From an uncultured virus (IMG/VR IMGVR_UViG_3300009183_000076) (lineage: Duplodnaviria > Heunggongvirae > Uroviricota > Caudoviricetes), in the IMG/VR virus record IMGVR_UViG_3300009183_000076: 20,000 nucleotides of DNA. The stretch is one strand, 5' to 3'. The stretch's first letter is position 1. Each line of letters begins with the position of its first letter. Shown here piece by piece: positions 1 through 7,347 of this stretch. Under the pieces are notes generated by a model. That model had not been told where the DNA came from. It did not search any database and saw only the letters and a list, made by a program, of their open reading frames with translations. The position numbers and the translations under genes are program-made.

Positions 1-816
1 GGCGAAACAGTGGCTATAAATCAATCAACTGGACAAATATTGTTTGATCAGGAACAAATTTATGTACAATTTATAACTAAAAATGCAGTTGACATTGACG
101 ATAACACTGGCATCACCAATAAACAGATTAAACTATCCAATGGTAGGACTACTAATAGTTCCTTTAGCGGAGTCTATAAAGTACTAACTGTTCGAAGCGA
201 ACTAGCCAGGGGAAAATTTGAACAAACGTTAGACTTAATTAAAATGCCAAACGACATTATGTTTGACGACCAGCCCAAGACTAGCGAATCTGTTTCAGTC
301 ACGAAACCAATTAATACAGTACAATCAAATCAAACCGTAGATAACGCACCTGCACCACCACCTGCACCACCTGCAGAAAGCCCAGCAACAGCACCGTCGG
401 CTGCATTGAAAGAGGCCGGAAATTCACCAGCAGTAAATCCAGTGGTTATTGACCCCGGTGACGGTTCACCGGTTAGACTGGCGCAACCTTCAACTGCTGC
501 ACCATCAAATGTAAATGATTCTCAAATTGAGTCCCAGCAAACTTCATCTGATGACAGTGTTACTAAGTTTAAGGAAGATATAGTAAAAGCATACAATAAC
601 CTTGTTGGCATTTTTAAAAATGTTAACACAGTAGAAGAATATAATAGATATATTCCTAGGGCCAATAGGGCATGGAATGCAATAACTGGTCAAATTGAAA
701 AAATAGCCACCGATGCAGGTGATCCAACATTGAAAACAACACTGGATGAATTTGTACAACCGTACAGAGACAAACTAAACGCTCTTAACGCAACCAAACG
801 GGCAGAACTCAAATAA
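1..816 (+). CDS. 3' part of a putative baseplate hub/tail protein (T4 gp27 / phage late control D-like C-terminal barrel), followed by a Pro/Ala-rich linker and a helical tail; 5'-truncated by the window
   Basis: Frame 1 is open from base 1 (GGC GAA ACA GTG...), so the GTG at 10 is probably internal. The motif FSGVYKVLTVRSELARGKFEQTLDLIK resembles the 'G.Y.V..V.H......F.T.L' end of gp27/gpD-like hubs. It lies directly upstream of the gp5-like gene. Confidence 0.6.
   Translation, partial: GETVAINQSTGQILFDQEQIYVQFITKNAVDIDDNTGITNKQIKLSNGRTTNSSFSGVYKVLTVRSELARGKFEQTLDLIKMPNDIMFDDQPKTSESVSVTKPINTVQSNQTVDNAPAPPPAPPAESPATAPSAALKEAGNSPAVNPVVIDPGDGSPVRLAQPSTAAPSNVNDSQIESQQTSSDDSVTKFKEDIVKAYNNLVGIFKNVNTVEEYNRYIPRANRAWNAITGQIEKIATDAGDPTLKTTLDEFVQPYRDKLNALNATKRAELK
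346..375 (+). repeat. Short coding tandem repeat (CCTGCACCA units) encoding APAPPPAPPA
   Basis: gca cctgcacca cca cctgcacca cctgca, read directly from the sequence. Confidence 0.8.
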
Positions 817-829
817 GGTATAGTAAAAA

Positions 830-2428
830 ATGGCAATCGATAAACGTAGCGGAGGAGCAGCACCTAAATGGGCCAGTAGGGAAAGTACCCCGGGTGTTAA
901 AATTGACTCTGGCCCGTTCGTGGGGGTTATTAAAAATAATGCTGACCCGTCAAGGCAGGGTAGATTACAAGTGTGGATACCAGATTTAGGCGGCGAAGAA
1001 TCAGTAGAAGCAAACTGGTATACGGTAAATTATGCAAGTCCTTTCTTTGGGAGTACACAAGGATCTCCGGGCAATACACAAGGATACGGCCAGCAAACAT
1101 ATGGATTTTGGGCAGTTCCTCCGGACGTTAATAATCTTGTTCTAGTAACGTTTGTGATGGGAGATGCAAGTCGCGGATATTGGTTCGCCTGTATACCAAA
1201 TACGCCAACTCAATCAATGGTTCCTGGTATAAGCAGACCTTTCACCAACCGAACACAAGTTAGTAATTCATTTGGTACAAATAGGAACATACCTAGCCCT
1301 GATGTATATCTTCCTGCCAATGAAGTCAACCTTGAGAGTTCAGGTAGAGACAAAGATCCCAATTATCTCAATTTGTCTCGCTACATTCTAGATTATCAGG
1401 CTAATATTGTTTGTGAACAAGGATTAGAAACAGATCCTTTAAGAGGTACAATCACTAGTAGCAGTCAGAGAGAAAGCCCCAGTCAAGTGATAGGAATTTC
1501 AACTCCAGGTAGGACTACTACAGACACAGCAGATTTAGCTCCAGGCGCACTTGATGGTAAAATCAATCAAGGCAAAGACGGAATCACAATCAAAGAGCTA
1601 CAAAATTATCCATTCCGCAAAGGTGGTCATAGTTTTGTAATGGACGACGGTGACGTGTATGGTGACAGCAGATTAGTTAGATTACGCAGTTCAGGTGGGC
1701 ATCAGATTCTAATGCACGACAGTTCAAACGTGATGTATATTTCAAATAGCTTGGGTACCTCATGGATCGAACTTACTCCAGCAGGCCACATTAACATTTA
1801 CAGCGGTGATAGTGTCAACATAAGGTCTGAGTTTGATCTAAACTTTCACGCCGACGGTAATGTTAATATACACGCAGGTGACACACTTAAAATGTATGCA
1901 GGATCAACTATTCATTCGCAAACAAAAATACAATTAACTAAAGCCGACGATTATTATAATATCAACGCAGGTGTAGTAGGTATTAAATCAGGTGGTAAGA
2001 TGGATTTACAGTCTATATCAGGCAGCTGGCAAACATCAAATTTGACTAATTTTAATTTTGGTAGTTTTCAAATGCGTACAGTCAATGAGTGCGTAATTAG
2101 TTCTGCTACTAATGCAAGTACTGGTACTGTCAGTGGATGGAAGTCCACTGGAGAATTATGGCTTAAAGGAGACAAGGTTTATCTGAATACATCAGGTAAA
2201 GTACCAATCACTCCAAGTACTCCTGAACCTCCGGATATTAATCCTAATATGTTATTGTACAAACAGCAAGGCGTAAATTTTAACGAAACTACCAAGCGTT
2301 GGGCACAGGAAGCAGGCAAATTTGAAAGTATTGCTCCTTATGCACCAACACATGAGCCATGGACTAGACAGTCAGGTGCGTTAAAAAATGCCGATGGTAC
2401 AGTAAACGCACAAAAAGCACAGGGATAA
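830..2428 (+). CDS. Baseplate central spike, T4 gp5/VgrG-like (N-terminal OB fold plus beta-helix), 532 aa
   Basis: OB-fold signature GVIKNNADPSRQGRLQVWIP...W...PPDVNNLVLVTFVMGDASRGYW. Beta-helix region GHSFVMDD...RLRSSGGHQILMHDS...WIELTPAGHINIYSGDSVNIRSEFDLNFHADGNVNIHAG. SD-like AAGGT at 815-819. Confidence 0.9.
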   Translation: MAIDKRSGGAAPKWASRESTPGVKIDSGPFVGVIKNNADPSRQGRLQVWIPDLGGEESVEANWYTVNYASPFFGSTQGSPGNTQGYGQQTYGFWAVPPDVNNLVLVTFVMGDASRGYWFACIPNTPTQSMVPGISRPFTNRTQVSNSFGTNRNIPSPDVYLPANEVNLESSGRDKDPNYLNLSRYILDYQANIVCEQGLETDPLRGTITSSSQRESPSQVIGISTPGRTTTDTADLAPGALDGKINQGKDGITIKELQNYPFRKGGHSFVMDDGDVYGDSRLVRLRSSGGHQILMHDSSNVMYISNSLGTSWIELTPAGHINIYSGDSVNIRSEFDLNFHADGNVNIHAGDTLKMYAGSTIHSQTKIQLTKADDYYNINAGVVGIKSGGKMDLQSISGSWQTSNLTNFNFGSFQMRTVNECVISSATNASTGTVSGWKSTGELWLKGDKVYLNTSGKVPITPSTPEPPDINPNMLLYKQQGVNFNETTKRWAQEAGKFESIAPYAPTHEPWTRQSGALKNADGTVNAQKAQG

Positions 2429-2431
2429 TAA

Positions 2432-3595
2432 ATGCCAATTAATGTAACAGAACTTGTTCAAAAAGCGACTGATATTGGTAAATCAGTTACTGGTATTTTG
2501 CCTGGAGTGACTACCGCTAATACCACTGCCGCTAACACTACCTCCAACACCACTACTACCGCTAACAGTACAACATCTAAAGTAACCAGTGGAATTGAAA
2601 AAGCACAAAATCAACCATTTACTGCAGGAGCGTCTCGCGATATTTTATCAACTACTGATGCACCATCTGGAGTACCAACTCCCAAGATTAATGCAAAAAT
2701 CCCGCAGTTGTTACAGAATGATGTACGTGCTCTTATGCTACAAATTGCACACATGGAAACACAAAATGATCAGACTTTTGTAAGTTCAGGGAAAGTGGGA
2801 AGATATGCTGTACATAAAAAAACGTTAATTAATTACGGCTACCTTGACAAGGGTGGAGCAACGTATACAGGAAAAGATGGCATTAAGACTGAAATTGATT
2901 TTATATACGATACAAATGTGCAAGATAGAATAATGGAACGATATATTCTTGATCAATACAAAGCACTTATTAAGGTTAATGCAATTAAAGAAAATGATAA
3001 AAAAGAAGTTGTATCCGGAATGGTAGCTGTAGCGTATAAATTTCAAGACGCAACTCCAGGGGCATCAAGTGCCAAGGATGCGCTTGGGTTATTGACCGGC
3101 GGTGAAACCAGTTCTTTAGTTACATCATCATTGGGATTAGCAACATCATTATCGGAGAATCTAAACCCGTTAAGTGGGGCATCAGCAAGTTCAATACAGA
3201 GCTCATTTGAAAACAGTGGCTTAACATCTGCAGCACAAAGTATTGTTAGCGCAAATCCAGTTGGTAGTCTTGATCCTAGCAAGATACAAGGTAGTGCAGT
3301 GGCAACTAAAGCTCAGACATTAACGACTACTGCCGCAACAGCAGTCGAATCTGTTAAAAAGACATTAGTTCCCGAAGCAAACAACTTACAAGCTCAAGCT
3401 AAAAAAATAGCGGCACAAGCCGATATAAACAAATTAAAATCCTCGGCCAGCGATTTTGCCACTTCCATTCCTGCAAATGCAGCAAAAGATTGGAGAAACA
3501 ACGGAACAGGCAGTGCAGAAACATACTTTAACGCTGGGAAATATGCTATTGTTTCCTTGGGAGCCGATGTAAAAGTTAATCCAGAAGACTACTAA
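2432..3595 (+). CDS. Putative baseplate-associated lysozyme-like (lytic transglycosylase-fold) protein, degenerate, with Thr-rich N-terminus and Ser/Ala-rich insertion, 387 aa
   Basis: Helix ending in Glu (LMLQIAHME109T), then GRYAV (cf. G.YQF), then YGY...YTGKDGI...F...VQD..M, GMVAVAY and a C-terminal AKDWR...TYFNAGKYA. Sits between the gp5-like and gp25-like genes. AGGGA lies 6 nt before the ATG. Confidence 0.6.
   Translation: MPINVTELVQKATDIGKSVTGILPGVTTANTTAANTTSNTTTTANSTTSKVTSGIEKAQNQPFTAGASRDILSTTDAPSGVPTPKINAKIPQLLQNDVRALMLQIAHMETQNDQTFVSSGKVGRYAVHKKTLINYGYLDKGGATYTGKDGIKTEIDFIYDTNVQDRIMERYILDQYKALIKVNAIKENDKKEVVSGMVAVAYKFQDATPGASSAKDALGLLTGGETSSLVTSSLGLATSLSENLNPLSGASASSIQSSFENSGLTSAAQSIVSANPVGSLDPSKIQGSAVATKAQTLTTTAATAVESVKKTLVPEANNLQAQAKKIAAQADINKLKSSASDFATSIPANAAKDWRNNGTGSAETYFNAGKYAIVSLGADVKVNPEDY
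2510..2575 (+). repeat. Imperfect coding repeat encoding TTAN-TTAAN-TTSN-TTTTAN-STT
   Basis: Recurring act acc gct aa(c/t) units. Confidence 0.75.
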
Positions 3596-3599
3596 AATG

Positions 3600-3607
3600 G
3601 GTAAATA
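3600..3607 (+). promoter_or_regulatory. Putative T4-late-like promoter (GGTAAATA)
   Basis: TAAATA core in the 17-nt gap upstream of the gp25-like gene. Resembles the T4 gp55 consensus TATAAATA, and the same core recurs in the next intergenic gap. Confidence 0.5.
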
Positions 3608-3612
3608 ATACT

Positions 3613-3990
3613 ATGACTACAAAATACAAAGGATTTAGCACAATTGATCAAACTAAAAAGTATAGATTGACAGATCTAGACTTAGTGAAGCGCGATCTTT
3701 TAAATCATTTTAGTATTCGTAAAGGCGAAAAATTAATGAACCCAAACTTTGGAAGTATAATTTGGAACATGCTGTTTGAGCCATTGACTGCTGATGTTAA
3801 ATCTACCATAGTGGATGATGTTAAACGAATAATCAATTACGATCCACGCCTTAGTGTAGATAATGTCATAATAGATGAGCTTGATTATGGTCTACAAATA
3901 CAAATTGATTTAACTTATTTGCCCGGGAATTACGTTAACAGCTTACGACTAGAATTCAATAACCAATCTAATTCATTGAATGTTTCATAA
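3613..3990 (+). CDS. Baseplate wedge subunit, T4 gp25 / P2 gpW-like, 125 aa
   Basis: Signature LVKRDLLNHFSIRKGEKLMNPNFGSIIWNMLFEP...IINYDPRLSV; size and position are typical. Confidence 0.95.
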   Translation: MTTKYKGFSTIDQTKKYRLTDLDLVKRDLLNHFSIRKGEKLMNPNFGSIIWNMLFEPLTADVKSTIVDDVKRIINYDPRLSVDNVIIDELDYGLQIQIDLTYLPGNYVNSLRLEFNNQSNSLNVS

Positions 3991-4039
3991 TAGTACCTGT
4001 TTTTAATACAGATAAATATTAAACAACAGGTATATTATG
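3986..4039 (+). promoter_or_regulatory. 22-bp RNA hairpin sequestering the SD and start codon of the gp6-like gene
   Basis: Left arm 3986-4008 CATAATA-g-TACCTGTT-TTTAATA pairs with right arm 4017-4039 TATTAAA-c-AACAGGTA-TATTATG, with one bulge per arm. Loop is CAGATAAA. Confidence 0.85.
4011..4018 (+). promoter_or_regulatory. Putative T4-late-like promoter (GATAAATA)
   Basis: 7/8 match to TATAAATA, intergenic, 18 nt upstream of ATG 4037. Followed by SD-like AGGT at 4028-4031. Confidence 0.65.
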
Positions 4040-7000
4040 GCGATTACTACAAGACAAACCAGTTTACTAGTCCAACAGGATTGGACCAAGATTTATCAAA
4101 CCTTCAGGGAAGCAGATTTCCAGAGCTTTGATTTTGAGACCTTACGTAAGTCAATGATTGAGTACTTGCGTACCTACTACCCAGAAGACTTCAACGACTT
4201 TACTGAAAGTTCAGAGTATATTGCTCTCATTGATCTTATTGCGTTTTTAGGACAAAGTTTGGCATTCAGGACAGATCTAAATGCTCGAGAAAATTTTTTA
4301 GACACAGCCGAGCGTAGAGATTCAATTTTAAAACTAGCCAGACTGGTAAGTTATAACCCAAAAAGAAGTATTCCGTCAAATGGATTATTAAAATTCAATA
4401 GTGTATCAACATCTGAAACAGTGTTTGATAGCACCGGCACAAATTTAAGCAACTTAAATATCACATGGAATGACACAACTAACGAAAATTGGTTAGAACA
4501 GTTCACAGGCATATTAAACGCAGCATTGGTAAGCACTCAAGCAATAGGAAAACCTGGTGCTAGTCAAGCACTAAATGGTATCAAAACTGATGAATACACA
4601 GTGGACATCATTAACGGTATAAGTCCAATATATCCCTTTACTGCAAGTATTGCGGGAGTTAGTTATCCTTTTGAAATAGTAAGCCCCACCTCATCTGGCA
4701 GCACTTATATATACGAACAGACACCCAAGCCATTGGGTCTCTTTAATTTTTTATATCGTAACGATAATCAAGGCAATGGATCCAATAACACCGGCTATTT
4801 TTTATACTTTAAACAAGGCGAAATAAAAAGTTTAGACTTCAGTATCACTGACAGTCTTCCTAATCGTATTGTTAATGTGAACTTTGATAATATTAACAAT
4901 AATGATGTTTGGTTGTTTAGTTTAAATTCTAGCGGAGCTCCTGACACACTATGGAATAAAGTTGCGGCCGTTAATGGAATTAATGTCATCTATAACAACA
5001 CTGATGAACGCAATTTATACAGCATCAACAGTAGAGCCAATGATCAAATTGATTTAGTGTTTGGTGACGGCGCATTTACCAATATTCCTGTTGGCAACTT
5101 TAGAGTATATTTTAGAGTTAGTAATAATCTTACTTATAAAATTACACCAAACGAAATGACCAACATAACTATCGTTGTTCCGTATCGAGGAAGAACTGGT
5201 CGCGCAGAACAATTAACTATTCGTGCAAGTTTACAGTATACAGTTACTAATGCAAGCGCACGAGAAACATTAAACGATATTAGAAATAAAGCTCCACAAC
5301 AATACTATACGCAAAATCGTATGGTCACTGGAGAAGATTACAATGTATTGCCCTATACCTCTTTTAATAATATTTTAAAAGTAAAAGCGGTCAATCGTTC
5401 AAGTTCTGGAATTAGTAGATACTTGGATGTCACTGACGCAACTGGAAAATATTCAAGCACTAACATATTTGCAGAAGATGGTATAATTTACCAAGATGAA
5501 AATTTAGTTACAGAAACATTCCAATTTACTAGTAGTACAGAAGTTAATTTTATTGTTCAAAATGTAATTAAACCTTTAATAGCATCAGTGCCAACAAGAC
5601 ATTTATATTACAGTGACACTACTTCAAATTCACGATTTACTTTAACGTCAACTTGGACACAGACTTCGGCAAGTAGTGGTCGCAGTCTAGGAATATTTAA
5701 TAGCAGTAGCTATACCTATTTACAGCAAGGCTCCTTGGTAAGATTTGCGGCCCCAACAGGCCAATATTTTGATGCACAAAATCAACTACAAACTGGAACT
5801 CCTAAGACAGAATACGAAAAGACAACAATGTGGGCTAGCATTATTTCCTATAACAGTCCTGGTTTAACTAGTGTTGCTACACTTAGTATTGTGGTGCCTA
5901 CAGGAGCGGTACCAAACTTAGTGATTCCGGTATTCGCTACCAGTTGGAACACTACGTTGATCAATGATATTATTAACAACTTGTTAAGTTATAAAACTTT
6001 TGCCTTGAGATATAATATTCCAACAATGGCCTGGGCCATTATTGAAGAATCAAATATTGGTGCAGGATCATATGATTTAACTCATGCAGGTGATACTTCG
6101 GGTACCGGACTTGATACCAGTTGGTTTATTAAATTAAATTTTGCAAATCAAGAATACACAGCAACAAGTAGAGGCCTTGATTATTACTTCCAGAGTGTTA
6201 GAGAAACAAGATTTTATTTTGATCCTGACGTAAAAGTATATGATAGTAGAACTGCAACTACAAAAATAGATTCTGTGAAGGTATTGCGCACTAATACCAA
6301 ACCTGATTCTTCGGACAGTTTGTTTTATAATCAATCATACAGAGTTTATAATAGAGTTGTTGAGTCTGATGGGTATGAAGATAATAGAAAAATTATGATT
6401 ACTTTCCCTGATGACAATTTAGACGAAATTCCCGATGATCCGGACTTATTTGTAACCTTGGTTGCACCGGATGTTAACCCAGGGAATAAATTTGTATTTT
6501 TTATACAATCATCAGATCAATTTAACTTCATACGATACGATTCAGTTCCGTCAGGAGAAATTACAAGTCAGTACACAACCCAAGATGAGATTTATACTAA
6601 ACTAGCGTTATACCCAGATCAAACAGTGTTTTATGCTAGAGATGAAGATGCCTTCTATCTGAGTAGTGTAACAGACTTGACTCAAATTTATAACTACATA
6701 GCAAAAGTTGGACGCCAAGAGTTAATGTTCCAGTATACGCACAATGCACCAAACAATAGACGAATTGACCCAAGTCCTAATAATCTAATAGATTTTTATA
6801 TGTTAACTAGGGATTACAGTGATCAGTATTTTGCTTACATCACTGACACTTCTAATAAAGTGATTGAACCTGTTGCGCCAACTAACAATGAATTAAAAAT
6901 TGAATTTGGCTCAATTGAGGATTTGAAAACAATCAGTGATAGTATAGTGTATAATTCTGCAAAATTTAAACCTTTGTTTGGAAATAAAGCAGAATCTGCT

Positions 7001-7336
7001 CTTAGGGCAACATTTAAAGTTGTCAAGAATCCCAATGTCAACATCAGTGACAATGATGTCAAGAGTCAAGTCATTGGTGCAATTAATACCTATTTTGATA
7101 TTAATAACTGGGACTTTGGTGAAACATTTTATTTCAGTGAATTAAGTGCATATTTGCATACCGCACTAACACCAAATGTAAGTAGTATAATCATTGTCCC
7201 GTTAACCGGAACAGGATCTTTTGGACAATTATATCAAATTAATGCAGAGCCAAACGAAATTGTTGTTAGTGCTGCTACCGTTGACAATGTTCAAGTTATT
7301 AATGCAATTACCGCAGGACAGTTAAACCAAATATAG
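4037..7336 (+). CDS. Baseplate wedge subunit, T4 gp6 / baseplate J-like, 1099 aa
   Basis: N-terminal DFETLRKSMIEYL...DFNDF.ESS...LIDLIA...ARENFLDTAERRDSILKLARLVSYNPKR; central LVFGDG...P; ETLNDIRNKAPQQYYTQNRMVTGEDY; C-terminal FGETFYFSEL. All are gp6-family hallmarks. Confidence 0.93.
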   Translation: MAITTRQTSLLVQQDWTKIYQTFREADFQSFDFETLRKSMIEYLRTYYPEDFNDFTESSEYIALIDLIAFLGQSLAFRTDLNARENFLDTAERRDSILKLARLVSYNPKRSIPSNGLLKFNSVSTSETVFDSTGTNLSNLNITWNDTTNENWLEQFTGILNAALVSTQAIGKPGASQALNGIKTDEYTVDIINGISPIYPFTASIAGVSYPFEIVSPTSSGSTYIYEQTPKPLGLFNFLYRNDNQGNGSNNTGYFLYFKQGEIKSLDFSITDSLPNRIVNVNFDNINNNDVWLFSLNSSGAPDTLWNKVAAVNGINVIYNNTDERNLYSINSRANDQIDLVFGDGAFTNIPVGNFRVYFRVSNNLTYKITPNEMTNITIVVPYRGRTGRAEQLTIRASLQYTVTNASARETLNDIRNKAPQQYYTQNRMVTGEDYNVLPYTSFNNILKVKAVNRSSSGISRYLDVTDATGKYSSTNIFAEDGIIYQDENLVTETFQFTSSTEVNFIVQNVIKPLIASVPTRHLYYSDTTSNSRFTLTSTWTQTSASSGRSLGIFNSSSYTYLQQGSLVRFAAPTGQYFDAQNQLQTGTPKTEYEKTTMWASIISYNSPGLTSVATLSIVVPTGAVPNLVIPVFATSWNTTLINDIINNLLSYKTFALRYNIPTMAWAIIEESNIGAGSYDLTHAGDTSGTGLDTSWFIKLNFANQEYTATSRGLDYYFQSVRETRFYFDPDVKVYDSRTATTKIDSVKVLRTNTKPDSSDSLFYNQSYRVYNRVVESDGYEDNRKIMITFPDDNLDEIPDDPDLFVTLVAPDVNPGNKFVFFIQSSDQFNFIRYDSVPSGEITSQYTTQDEIYTKLALYPDQTVFYARDEDAFYLSSVTDLTQIYNYIAKVGRQELMFQYTHNAPNNRRIDPSPNNLIDFYMLTRDYSDQYFAYITDTSNKVIEPVAPTNNELKIEFGSIEDLKTISDSIVYNSAKFKPLFGNKAESALRATFKVVKNPNVNISDNDVKSQVIGAINTYFDINNWDFGETFYFSELSAYLHTALTPNVSSIIIVPLTGTGSFGQLYQINAEPNEIVVSAATVDNVQVINAITAGQLNQI

Positions 7337-7347
7337 GAAGATAGGCA

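Noticed and set aside
10..12. GTG at 10 as the true start of the first gene
   Set aside because: The frame is open upstream to the window edge and the sequence corresponds to the C-terminal part of a hub-like protein.
3986..4039. Hairpin read as a rho-independent terminator
   Set aside because: The stem is AT-rich, has no 3' U-tract, and includes the next gene's SD and ATG. Translational control fits better.
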